63,193 nucleotides of DNA from an uncultured Gemmatimonas sp. (GTDB lineage Bacteria; Gemmatimonadota; Gemmatimonadetes; Gemmatimonadales; GWC2-71-9). Made by a program: the position numbers and the translations under genes. Every line of letters begins with the position of its first letter. Within the stretch, counting starts at the first letter, position 1. Shown one piece after another: positions 53,363 to 62,900 of this stretch. The notes beneath the pieces were generated by a model. The model saw only the letters and a program-made list of their open reading frames with translations. It searched no databases and was not told the origin of the DNA. The stretch covers positions 1 through 63,193 of the forward strand of contig CAZFSA010000002.1 of the NCBI GenBank assembly GCA_964521535.1, read 5' to 3'.

Positions 53363-54793
53363 TCACAGCCGCTTGTGCTTCCACCAGCCCTGGCGGAAGA
53401 TCAGCAGACTCACCACGGCCAGGAGCGAGAACGCCAGGGTGATCGCAACGAACGCCCCCGCCGGCCCGAACCCGAGCGGCCGCGCCAGGACGTACGCCAG
53501 CGGGATCTCGAACAGCCAGAAGCAGGCGATGTTGATCAGCGTGGGCGTGGTGGTGTCGCCCGCGCCGTTGAAGGAGTTCGACAGGACCATTCCGTAGGCG
53601 TAGAACAGATAGCCGGCGCTCACGATCCGGAGCGCCTGGACCGCGTACCGCGCCACACCCGGGTCCGAGGTGAAGGCCCGCACGATGAGCGGGGCGAACG
53701 CAATGAACAGCGCCCCGATCACGCCCAGGAACAGCATGTTGTAGAACCCGGCGCGCCAGACCGATCGCTCGGCCCGGTCGGGCTTGCCCGCGCCCAGCGA
53801 CTGTCCCACCATCGTGGCTGCGGCGTTGCTCAGGCCCCATGACGGCAGCAGCGCGAACAGGACCACCCGGATGGCCACGGTGTAGCCGGCCACCGCGGTG
53901 GCGCCAAAGGTCGAGATGATCCGCACCAGGGCGACCCAGCTGGTGGTACCGACCAGGATCTGGAGGATCCCGGTGGACGAGAGCCGTACCAGGGTGCGCA
54001 TGATCCCGAAGTCGAGCCTGACGTGCCGCGGCTCGATCACGAACCGGCGGTCGCGCCCGGCGAGCCGGTAGAACTGGTACAGCACCCCGACGCCCCGTCC
54101 CACCGTGGTGGCCACGGCCGCGCCGGTCACGCCCAGCTCCGGGAAGGGGCCAATCCCGAAGATCAGGAGCGGATCGAGCACCAGGTTGCAGGCGTTGGCG
54201 AGCCAGAGACAGCGCATCGCAATGGCTGCGTCGCCCGACCCCCGGAAGATGGCGTTGATCAGGAACAGGAGGAGCACCACGAAGTTCCCGATGAACATCA
54301 CCCGCGCGAATCCGGTCCCCGCCGCCACCACGTCCGGGTCGGCGCCCATCAGCCGGAGGAGATCGGGCGCGAAGATGCCACCGCCCACCGCGATCGGCAG
54401 CGCCACCAGCATCCCGAGGGCGATGGCCTGGACGGCCACCCGCCCGGCCTCCTCCGGTCGCTTCTCGCCGATCCGACGGGCCACCAGTGCGGTCGCGCCG
54501 ATGCCGAGCCCCATGCCGAGGGCGTAGATCAGGCTGAACATCGCCTCGGTGAGGCCCACCACGGCCACGGCCCGCGCCCCGAGCCGGTTGACCCAGAACA
54601 CGTTCACCACCGCGAACACCGACTCCAGCGCCACCTCCAGGACCATCGGGATGGCAAGCAGGAGCAGCGCCCGGCCGATCGGCCCCTCGGTGAAGTCGCG
54701 GCCCTCCGCCCCGCGGAGCGCCTCGCGGGCCGTGGCCCAGAACGACTGCGGCGGTTCGGCTTCTTCCACTCTGACCGCTGATCGTCCGGTCAT
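53363..54793 (-). CDS. MATE-family multidrug/toxin efflux transporter
   Basis: Trimmed to ATG 54793. The N-terminus (GPIGRALLLLAIPMVLEVALESVF) is typical of the family, and there are 12 hydrophobic segments in two homologous halves. Confidence 0.85.
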   Translation of the reverse strand: MTGRSAVRVEEAEPPQSFWATAREALRGAEGRDFTEGPIGRALLLLAIPMVLEVALESVFAVVNVFWVNRLGARAVAVVGLTEAMFSLIYALGMGLGIGATALVARRIGEKRPEEAGRVAVQAIALGMLVALPIAVGGGIFAPDLLRLMGADPDVVAAGTGFARVMFIGNFVVLLLFLINAIFRGSGDAAIAMRCLWLANACNLVLDPLLIFGIGPFPELGVTGAAVATTVGRGVGVLYQFYRLAGRDRRFVIEPRHVRLDFGIMRTLVRLSSTGILQILVGTTSWVALVRIISTFGATAVAGYTVAIRVVLFALLPSWGLSNAAATMVGQSLGAGKPDRAERSVWRAGFYNMLFLGVIGALFIAFAPLIVRAFTSDPGVARYAVQALRIVSAGYLFYAYGMVLSNSFNGAGDTTTPTLINIACFWLFEIPLAYVLARPLGFGPAGAFVAITLAFSLLAVVSLLIFRQGWWKHKRL

Positions 54794-54927
54794 GGTTTCG
54801 ATCTTTCCTGTCCAGCCCGTCGTTCGACTGGTTCCCCGGAGGCCGCTGGATGTTACCTGCGCAAGGAACCCGACCCGGTTTGGTGGCGGGCCACGCGCTC
54901 GGCCTGGTTTTCTCGATTTGAGGGGAC

Positions 54928-55038
54928 TTAGCCGAGGGTGGCGCCGCGCCGTGGGATGAAGGGAATGGTCGACATCGGCGACGGTGCCTCGAGCGGGAGG
55001 AGGAACGGGCCCGATGGAATCGGGAAGTCCACCATCAT
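54928..55038 (-). CDS. Speculative 36-aa Pro-rich upstream ORF in the MATE leader
   Basis: ATGATG...TAA encodes MMVDFPIPSGPFLLPLEAPSPMSTIPFIPRRGATLG. Hand-counted third-position G+C is 32/36, against roughly half in the frame of the long listed ORF over the same bases. No homology recognised. Confidence 0.2.
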   Translation of the reverse strand: MMVDFPIPSGPFLLPLEAPSPMSTIPFIPRRGATLG

Positions 55039-55129
55039 AGTGACCCGAGATCCGCCGCGCCGTGATCTGGCCCACACTTGGGGGAGTGGGGGGTAGCAGG
55101 ACTTGACCAGTAGTTCATATTGTAACGAA

Positions 55130-55158
55130 CGATATATCTTGACAAGCGCGATATATCG
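55130..55158. promoter_or_regulatory. Pair of CGATATATC(G) palindromic boxes (candidate repressor operator)
   Basis: CGATATATC lies at 55130-55138, and the perfect 10-nt palindrome CGATATATCG at 55149-55158. They flank the TTGACA box of the efflux-operon promoter in the most AT-rich stretch of the window. Confidence 0.4.
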
Positions 55159-55168
55159 TGCATATCAT
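55139..55168 (+). promoter_or_regulatory. Sigma-70-like promoter for the HlyD/ABC/FtsX operon
   Basis: TTGACA (55139-55144), an 18-nt spacer, then TATCAT (55163-55168), 40 nt upstream of ATG 55208. A second TTGACC lies at 55103-55108. Confidence 0.45.
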
Positions 55169-55207
55169 GGTCGCCCGAGCCGGCCGAAACCGCGAGACCC
55201 GAGAGCG

Positions 55208-56434
55208 ATGACCGCCACCGGACCAGACCTGGGACGCCTTCGGATCGATCGCAGCGACACGAACGCCGGCCAGCGGCGTGCGCTCCGCCGGTCGGCCCTC
55301 CTCGCGCTCCTGGCCATCGGGATCATCGGCGCGGCGTACCTCTCGGTACGCGGCCGGGCGAGCCTCACGGTTCGGGTGGCGCGGGCAGAGATCGTGGGGG
55401 GGGCCGGGTCGGGCAGCGTGGGGATCACGGCCAACGGCTACGTGGTGGCCCGGACCAGGGCCTCGGTCTCGTCGCGGATCTCCGGCCGGCTGGCATCGCT
55501 GGGAGTGGAGGAGGGCTCCCGGGTTCGCCGGGGCCAGGTCCTGGCCCGGCTGGAGAACGCGGACTATCTGGCCGCGGTGACCCAGGCCGTGGCCGACAGC
55601 GTTCGGGCCGAGGCCGGGCTTCGAGAAGCCCGTGCCGCGCGAGAGCAGCTGGTTCGCGACTTGGCGAGGGCCCGCGATCTTCTGGCGAAGAACCTCGAGG
55701 CGGCCCGTACCGTTGAGGATCTGGGCTCCCAGCTCGCGGCGGCCGAGGCGCGGGTGGGGGTGCAGGAGGCGCAGGTGCAGTCCGCCACGGCGGGGATCGC
55801 CTTCGCCCGTGCCAATCTGGACAACACCTACATCCGGGCGCCGTTCGACGGGACCGTGCTCCGGAAGGACGCCGAAGTGGGCGAGGTGGTGGCGCCGGTT
55901 GCAACCGGCGGTGGTCTCACCCGCGGCGCCGTCGTCACCATGGCCGACCTCGAGACGCTGGAAGTTGAAGTGGACGTCAACGAGGCCTACATCGCCCAGA
56001 TCGAGGCGCAGCAGCCGACCCGAATCGTCCTCGACGCCTACCCGGCGGTGAGCTTCGCCGGACGGGTCCGCCAGATCGTGCCCACGGCCGACCGGCAACG
56101 CGCTACCGTCCAGGTCAAGGTGAGCATCACCGACCGCGATCCGCGGATCCTGCCGGAAATGGGCGCCCGGGTCGAGTTCCTGAGCGCGGCCGAGGAGAGA
56201 CCGGACGCCCGGGCCCGGATCTTCGTGCCGGCGGCCGCCGTTCGCGCAGAAGGTGCCGCGACGGTAGTCTGGGTGGTGCGCGAGGGTCGGGTGGGGCGCA
56301 CGGTGGTGGACGCGGGCCCGGTGTCCGGCGGGCGCCGGGAGATCAGGTCGGGCCTTTCCGGCGGGGAAAGCGTCGTGCTCGAGCCGCCCCAGAACCTCAA
56401 GGATGGAGATCGCGTCAATGTCGTCACCCCGTAG
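55208..56434 (+). CDS. HlyD/MacA-type periplasmic adaptor (membrane fusion protein)
   Basis: Trimmed to ATG 55208. It has an N-terminal TM segment (SALLALLAIGIIGAAYL), coiled-coil hairpin and the lipoyl/barrel motif YIRAPFDGTV. Confidence 0.85.
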   Translation: MTATGPDLGRLRIDRSDTNAGQRRALRRSALLALLAIGIIGAAYLSVRGRASLTVRVARAEIVGGAGSGSVGITANGYVVARTRASVSSRISGRLASLGVEEGSRVRRGQVLARLENADYLAAVTQAVADSVRAEAGLREARAAREQLVRDLARARDLLAKNLEAARTVEDLGSQLAAAEARVGVQEAQVQSATAGIAFARANLDNTYIRAPFDGTVLRKDAEVGEVVAPVATGGGLTRGAVVTMADLETLEVEVDVNEAYIAQIEAQQPTRIVLDAYPAVSFAGRVRQIVPTADRQRATVQVKVSITDRDPRILPEMGARVEFLSAAEERPDARARIFVPAAAVRAEGAATVVWVVREGRVGRTVVDAGPVSGGRREIRSGLSGGESVVLEPPQNLKDGDRVNVVTP

Positions 56435-57143
56435 CGAGCCCGCCGTGGCCACGCCCGAGCGCCCGACTGGCCGGGTGCTGGTGGAGATTCGCGACCTGAC
56501 CAAGCAGTACCGCCGGGGCGCCGAGACCATCAAGGTGCTCGAGGGCGTGGACCTCGACATCCACGAGGGGGAGTTCCTGGCGCTGATGGGTCCCTCGGGC
56601 AGCGGCAAGTCCACGCTGCTCAACATCCTGGCCGGCCTGGACACGCCGGACCGCGGCCGGGTGGTGGTGAACGGCGAGACCATCACCGGGATGAACGGTC
56701 GACAGCTGGCCGCGTGGCGGGCCGCCCACATCGGATTCATCTTCCAGTTCTACAACCTGCTCCCGGTGCTCACCGCCGCGCAGAACGTGGAGCTGCCGCT
56801 GCTGCTCACCTCGCTCCCCAGGAAGCGCCGGCGGGAGCACGTGATGACGGCGCTGGAGGTGGTGGGTCTCACCGACCGGGCCGACCACTTTCCCCGGCAG
56901 CTCTCCGGGGGCCAGCAGCAGCGGGTGGGAATCGCCCGGGCGATCGTGAGCGATCCCACCATCATCCTGGGCGACGAGCCCACTGGCGATCTCGACGCGC
57001 AGTCCGGCAACGAGATCCTGACGCTGCTGGAGCGGCTGAACCGGGAGTTCAACAAGACCATCCTGATGGTGACCCACGACGCCCATGCGGCCGAGCGGGC
57101 CCAGGCCATCATGCACCTGGACAAGGGAGTGCTGACCCGATGA
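56418..57143 (+). CDS. ABC transporter ATP-binding protein (MacB/LolD-type)
   Basis: Walker A GPSGSGKST, signature LSGGQQQRV and Walker B ILGDEPTGDLD are present. Alternative in-frame starts are ATG 56403 and GTG 56475. Confidence 0.9.
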   Translation: MSSPRSEPAVATPERPTGRVLVEIRDLTKQYRRGAETIKVLEGVDLDIHEGEFLALMGPSGSGKSTLLNILAGLDTPDRGRVVVNGETITGMNGRQLAAWRAAHIGFIFQFYNLLPVLTAAQNVELPLLLTSLPRKRRREHVMTALEVVGLTDRADHFPRQLSGGQQQRVGIARAIVSDPTIILGDEPTGDLDAQSGNEILTLLERLNREFNKTILMVTHDAHAAERAQAIMHLDKGVLTR

Positions 57144-58279
57144 CCCGCGGCGCGCTGGTCCGGGCCAACCTGTTCCGGAACAAGAAGCGGACGCTGCTCA
57201 CCGTGGCCAGCGTCATGGTGGCCTTCTTCCTCTACGGCACGCTCCGGTCGGTGATCACCACGCTCGACGCGGCCGCCAGGGTGGGGAGCGAGGCCCGGCT
57301 CGTCACCTCCAACGCCTCGGGGATCACCTTCCCCCTCCCCGAGGCGCACGCGGCCCGGCTCCAGGCGGTCGACGGGGTGGAGAGCGTCAGCTGGGCCAAC
57401 TGGTTCGGCGGCTACTACCAGGATCCCCAGGACTTCTTCGCCCAGTTCGCCATCAAGGCCGAGACCTACCTGCCGATGTACCCCGAGATCCAGATCACGG
57501 CCGGGGACCTGGAGGCGTTCCGGCGGGAGCGGACCGCGGCGATCGTGGGGGTGGGGCTGCTCCAGAAGTACGGCTGGCAGGTGGGACAGTCGATCACGCT
57601 CAAGGGCACCTTCCTGCCCGGGGACTGGCAGTTCACCATCCGGGCCGCATACACGCCCAGCGTGCCAAGCTTCGGCGATCAGATGATGCTGTTCCACTAC
57701 GAGTACCTGTACGAGCGGAGCAACGGGCAGATCTCACCGGGGTGGTTCATCCTGAAGGTGCGCGACCCCGAGCGCGCGGCTGATCTCGCGGCGACGATCG
57801 ATGCGCAGTTCCGCAATTCGACCGCGCCCACCAAGACCGAGACCGAACGGGCCTTCCAGGCGGGCTTCGTCACCATGTGGGGGAACATCGGATTTCTGGT
57901 GCGGGCGATCGGCACCGCGGTGTTCTTCGCCATCCTGTTCGTGGCCGCGAACACCATGATGATGGCCGTCCGGGAGCGGGTGGGTGAAACCGCGGTGCTC
58001 AAGACCCTGGGCTTTCGGGATGGGGCTCTCTCGGCGATGGTGCTGGCCGAGTCGACCCTGATCGCGATCGTCGGTGGAGCGCTGGGCCTGGGCCTCGCCC
58101 GCTTCGCCTTTTCCCGCCCGACCCCGCTCGAGGCCTTCTTTCCGGGGTTTGGCGTCACCAGCAGCACCCTCCTCCTCGGGCTGGGCCTGGCCGTTGCCCT
58201 GGGACTGGTGAGCGGGGCGGTTCCGGCCTGGCAGGCGGCGCGGCTCTCGGTGGTCGACGCACTCCGGAAGGTCGCATGA
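57140..58279 (+). CDS. FtsX/MacB-type ABC transporter permease
   Basis: ATG 57140 overlaps the upstream stop (ATGA). Starting MTRGALVRANLFRNKKRTLLTV..., it has a large periplasmic domain and a C-terminal 3-TM FtsX domain. Confidence 0.85.
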   Translation: MTRGALVRANLFRNKKRTLLTVASVMVAFFLYGTLRSVITTLDAAARVGSEARLVTSNASGITFPLPEAHAARLQAVDGVESVSWANWFGGYYQDPQDFFAQFAIKAETYLPMYPEIQITAGDLEAFRRERTAAIVGVGLLQKYGWQVGQSITLKGTFLPGDWQFTIRAAYTPSVPSFGDQMMLFHYEYLYERSNGQISPGWFILKVRDPERAADLAATIDAQFRNSTAPTKTETERAFQAGFVTMWGNIGFLVRAIGTAVFFAILFVAANTMMMAVRERVGETAVLKTLGFRDGALSAMVLAESTLIAIVGGALGLGLARFAFSRPTPLEAFFPGFGVTSSTLLLGLGLAVALGLVSGAVPAWQAARLSVVDALRKVA

Positions 58280-58310
58280 ACCCCGGGCGGGCGGCGTGGA
58301 GGACGCGGCG

Positions 58311-59477
58311 ATGAAGATCCCGATCGTCTACAACCTCCGGAGTCTCTGGCAACGACCGGTGTCGACGCTGAGCACCGCGCTGGGGATGGCCCTGGTGGTG
58401 GCGGTGTTCGTGGCGATGAACGCTCTGGCCAACGGCTTCCGGTCGGCCATGGTGGGCACCGGCTCGGCCGACAACGTGATGGTGCTCCGCAAGGGGGCCA
58501 ATGCCGAGATGAACAGCGGCCTGAGCCGCCAGACGGCCAGCATTATCACCGGCCTCCCGTTCGTGGAGCGGAACGCCGACGGGCAGCCGCTGGTGAGCGC
58601 CGAGACGTTCGTGGTGGTGCCGCTGGAGCGCGCGGGCGGCGGTGGGATGGCCAACGTGGTGGTGCGGGGCGTGAGCCCACTGGCATTCGAGGTCCGGAAG
58701 GGCGTCCGGATCGACGAGGGCCGCGCCTTCCGGCCCGGGGCGCGCGAAGTGGTGGTGGGAACCACGTACGCCCGCCGCTTCCCCAATTCGGGGGTGGGCC
58801 AGGTGGTCCGGTTCGCCGACGAGGACTGGACCATCGTCGGGCACTTCAGCGCCGGCGGCTCCTCGTTCGAGTCGGAGATCTGGGGCGAGAACGAGCAGTT
58901 CATGCCGGTGTTCCGGGGTCAGGTCTTTCAGACCCTGACCTTTCGGATGAAGGACCCCTCGGCCTTCGACGGGATCAAGGCGTCGCTGGAGAACGACGCC
59001 CGGCTCACCGTGGACGCGTTCCGGGAGCGGACCTTCTACGAGAACCAGTCGAGCATGCTCACCCAGGTGCTGAGCTTCATCGCCATCTTCATCGCCTCGA
59101 TCATGGCGATTGGCGCGATCTTCGGGGCGGTGAACACCATGTACGCGGCGGTGGCGTCGCGGGGGCCGGAGATCGGGGTGCTGCTCACGCTGGGGTTCCG
59201 GCCCCGGAGCGTGATGGCGTCGTTCCTGGTGGAGTCGCTCCTGATCGCAGGCCTGGGTGGAGCGCTGGGCTGCCTGATGGCGCTCCCCATCAACGGGCTG
59301 GTCACCAGCACCACCAACTGGGCGTCGTTCAGCGAGGTGGCGTTCGCGTTCCGGGTCACCCCGCAGCTCCTCCTCAACGGAATGATCTTCGCGCTGGTGA
59401 TGGGCACGCTCGGCGGGCTGCTCCCGGCCCGGCACGCCGCCCGGCAGCAGGTGGTGGATGCGCTCCGGCAGGCCTGA
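58311..59477 (+). CDS. FtsX/MacB-type ABC transporter permease (second copy)
   Basis: Starts MKIPIVYNLRSLWQRPVSTLSTALGMALVV... and has the same architecture as the preceding gene. GTG 58296 is an alternative start. Confidence 0.85.
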   Translation: MKIPIVYNLRSLWQRPVSTLSTALGMALVVAVFVAMNALANGFRSAMVGTGSADNVMVLRKGANAEMNSGLSRQTASIITGLPFVERNADGQPLVSAETFVVVPLERAGGGGMANVVVRGVSPLAFEVRKGVRIDEGRAFRPGAREVVVGTTYARRFPNSGVGQVVRFADEDWTIVGHFSAGGSSFESEIWGENEQFMPVFRGQVFQTLTFRMKDPSAFDGIKASLENDARLTVDAFRERTFYENQSSMLTQVLSFIAIFIASIMAIGAIFGAVNTMYAAVASRGPEIGVLLTLGFRPRSVMASFLVESLLIAGLGGALGCLMALPINGLVTSTTNWASFSEVAFAFRVTPQLLLNGMIFALVMGTLGGLLPARHAARQQVVDALRQA

Positions 59478-59480
59478 CCG

Positions 59481-59945
59481 ATGATCCCCGATCCGGCGGC
59501 GCCCATCGCGGTCCGACCGGTTGCGCCGGAGGACCGTGCCGCCTGGCTCCGGATGCGGAGCGAGCTCTGGCCCGAGGACGACCACGCTACCGAGGTCGAC
59601 GCCTTCCTGGGCGGCGAGCGGCGGATCGCCGAGACGGTGCTGGTAGCGTCCCACGGGGCGGACCTGGTGGGCTTCATCGAGGTGAACCTCCGGTCGCACG
59701 GCGAGGGGTGCGTGGCGAGCCCGGTGGCCTACGTCGAGGGCTGGTTCGTGGACGCGGCCTGGCGCCGCCAGGGCGTGGGCCGGGCGCTGATGGAGGCGGC
59801 GGAGCGCTGGGCCCGGGCCCGCGGCCTCACCGAACTGGGCTCGGACGCGAACATCGACAACCAGGCCAGCGAAGCCGCGCATCGGGCGCTCGGCTTCGCC
59901 GTCACCTCCCGGATCGTCACCTTCCGGAAGCCGCTCGCCGACTGA
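59481..59945 (+). CDS. GNAT acetyltransferase resembling aminoglycoside 6'-N-acetyltransferase type I
   Basis: 154 aa. The sequences W..MR.ELWPEDD, SPVAYVEGWFV and RRQGVGRALMEAAERWAR match my recollection of chromosomal AAC(6')-I enzymes. The gene starts 3 nt after the permease stop. Confidence 0.6.
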   Translation: MIPDPAAPIAVRPVAPEDRAAWLRMRSELWPEDDHATEVDAFLGGERRIAETVLVASHGADLVGFIEVNLRSHGEGCVASPVAYVEGWFVDAAWRRQGVGRALMEAAERWARARGLTELGSDANIDNQASEAAHRALGFAVTSRIVTFRKPLAD

Positions 59946-59958
59946 CGCCCGGTCCCGC

Positions 59959-62900
59959 TCAGGTCGTGGGCAGCCGGGCGAGATACCGCCGCACCCGTTC
60001 CAGCGCCTCCCGAAGCTCCACTGCCAGCTCGCGGGCCAGCGCGGTCTGCGGCCCGGTCGGCGGGAAGTTGCCGCTGTCCACGTTCCGGAGCAGCGCACCG
60101 ATCCGGTCGCTCACCCGCGGTCCCTCGCTCCAGAACGGGCGATTCGTGGGCTTGACCAGCAGGTCGATCAGCGAATCCGCCTGCGCGATCTCCCGGCCCA
60201 GCTCCCTTGCAGCGGCCGCGCCCTCGTTGTTGGGCGCCGCGAGGGCCGCCCGGCGGCGGGCGTCGAGTTCGGACTTCCGGCCATCCAGGGCCCGGAGGGT
60301 GTCGTTGGCCAGCGACTGGAGGTCGCGGAGCTCGCTCGCCAGCACGAACTGCTCCCGGAGCGCGGCCGGCGTGGTCCGGCTCGTGGGATCGATCCTGACA
60401 TCGAGGGGCCGCTCCAGCACCTGGTCGCCCACCACCAGCCGGACCGTGTAGCGGCCGGGCAGGGCCCGGGGGCCGCTCGGCGGGCCGAAGAACTGGACCA
60501 TCGGGTCGTCGGGATCGATGGGGCGGCGCTGCCGGGGACCCTCGTGGCCCAGGTTCCAGGAGGTGGTGTTGATGCCGGCCTCGCGGGGCACGTTGGCGAG
60601 GGTGCGAATCACCGTGCCGCTGCCGTCCACGATTTCGACCCGGACGGGCGTGTCCGCCGCGGGCCTGGCCGCGAGGTGGTATCGGATGATCGCCCCGTAG
60701 GGCGGGTTCGGGCCCAGGAAGACGGCGTCGCCGAGCGAACCCTTGTTGGCCTTGGTGGCGAAGCGGGTGGCGGTGCGCATCCCGAACAGATGCGCCGGGC
60801 GGGCCAGCGCGCCTGCCAGCTCCTGGATCACGGAGGCATCGTCCAGGATGTAGATCCCCCTTGCGTGGGTGGCCACGATCAGGTCGTTCTCCCGGCCGTG
60901 CACCAGGACCTCATGCACCGGTACCGGCGGGAGATTTCCGCCGAGCCGGAACCAGCTCCCGCCGCCGGTGACGCTCACGTAGAGGCCGATCTCGGTGCCG
61001 GCGTAGAGCACCTCGGGGTTCCGGGGATCCTCGCGGAGCACCTGGAGATACGCCCCCTCCGGCAGATTGCCGTGGATCGCGGTCCAGGTGGCGCCGCAGT
61101 CGGCGGTCCGGTAGACGTACGGCCGATAGTCGTCCATGAAGTGCCGCTCGAACGTGGCGTAGGCCGTGCAGGCGGCACGCCGACTGGCCTCCACATGGCT
61201 CACCACCGCCTCCGGGCCCACGCCTGGCACGTTGCGGTCCACCCGGGTCCAGGTGCGGCCGTCGTCGCGGGTCACCTGGAGGTTGCCGTCATCGAGCCCC
61301 ACCCAGATGACGCCCTTCTCGACCGGCGACTCGGCCACGCTGTAGATGGTGTTGTAGAACTCCGCGGTGGTGGCCTCGGTAAGCGCCGGCCCACCGGCCC
61401 ATCCGTGGCGGGTGGTGTCGTTCTTCGACAGGTCAGGGGAGATCACCTCCCAGGTGCTGCCGAAGTCCCGCGAGCGGAAGAGGACCTGGGCGCCGAAGTA
61501 CAGGGTCTTGCCGTCATGCGGCGATGCCACGATCGGCGCGTTCCAGTTGAACCGGTACTTGAGCTGATTGACGGGTCCACCGTCGTTCCGCCGGGGCTGT
61601 GGGGAGATGTCCTCCTGCTCCCGGGTCTGCATCCGGGTCCGGTAGATCCAGCCCCCCTGCGCGTCGGTGACGATGTAATCGGGATCGTCGGGGTGGGAGA
61701 CCTGATAGTAGCCGTCGCCGTAGCTCACCAGGTTCCAGTCGTCGACCAGAATGCCGAGCGGATCGCGGGTGCGGCTCGGGCCGAGCCAGTTGCCGTTGTC
61801 CTGCAACCCGCCACCCACCCAGTAGAAGGGCTCCCGGTTGTCGGCATGGAGCTGGTAGAACTGGGCCAGCGGGAACCGGTTCGGGAAGGTCCAGGTGGCC
61901 CCCTGGTCGCGGGAGACCGCGATCCCGCCGTCGTTCGCCTGCCACATCCGGCGGGGATCGAGCGGATCGATCCAGAGGCCGTGGTGGTCGCCGTGAATGT
62001 TCTGGGAGAACCGGCGGAACGTGCGCCCGCCGTCGATCGAATACGAGAACTGGCAGGCCAGGGTGTAGACCCGATCGGGATTCCGGGGATCGACCCGGAG
62101 ATCCGCGTAGTAGAAGCCGCGGCAGAGGGTCGCGGCATCGTCGCTGGTCTTCCGCCAGGTGGCGCCGTAGTCGTCGCTTCGCCAGACGTAGCCCTGCTGG
62201 GATTCGGTCACGGCGTACACCACGTTGGGACTGGAGGGCGCCACCTTGACCCCGACCCGTCCGAGAAGCCGCGGCAGCCCGCCCGCCAGCCTGGTCCAGG
62301 TGAGCCCCCCGTCCACCGACTTGAAGATCCCGCCCTCCTCCGATCCGCTCCGGAAGGTCCACTGCTTCCGGTCGAAGTGCCACATGACGGCGTAGGCCAG
62401 GTTGGGGTTCCGGGGGTCGAGGTCGAGGTCGGCGCAGCCGTGGCGGTCGTCGACGAAGAGGGTCTTCCGCCAGGTGGCGCCCCCGTCCCGCGAGAGGAAC
62501 ACGCCCCGCTCCGCGTTGGGTCCTCCGATGTGCCCCACGGCGCACACCAGCACCGTCTTCGGGTCGGCCGGGCTCACCATCACCCGGGCGATGTGGCGGG
62601 TGTCGGCGAGGCCCAGGTGACGCCACGACTTCCCGCCATCGGTGGACTGGTACACCCCCCGGCCGAACGACACCGAGTTCCGGGTGTTGGACTCGCCGGT
62701 GCCGACGTAAATGACCTCGGGGTTGCCCGGTTCGAGCGCCAGGTCGCCGACGGAGAGCGTGGGCTGGCTGTCGAAGATCGGCGTCCAGGTGGTGCCGCCG
62801 TTGGTGGTCTTCCACACTCCGCCCGCCGCCGCCCCGACGTAGACGATGTTGGGATCGCCGGGCACCCCCTCGATGTCGGTGGTGCGGCCCATCATGTTGG

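Noticed and set aside
54794-55100. Possible guanidine-I (ykkC-type) or other riboswitch in the long MATE leader
   Set aside because: I compared the minus-strand leader by eye with my recollection of the ykkC consensus (GGGUUCCG...GGUCCGAGAG...ACACGGCGGGA.AAAAGCCCGGGAG). Only GGGUUCC and a loose ACGACGGGC resemble it; the GGUCCGAGAG and GCCCGGGAG elements are absent. This is not supportable without an Infernal scan.
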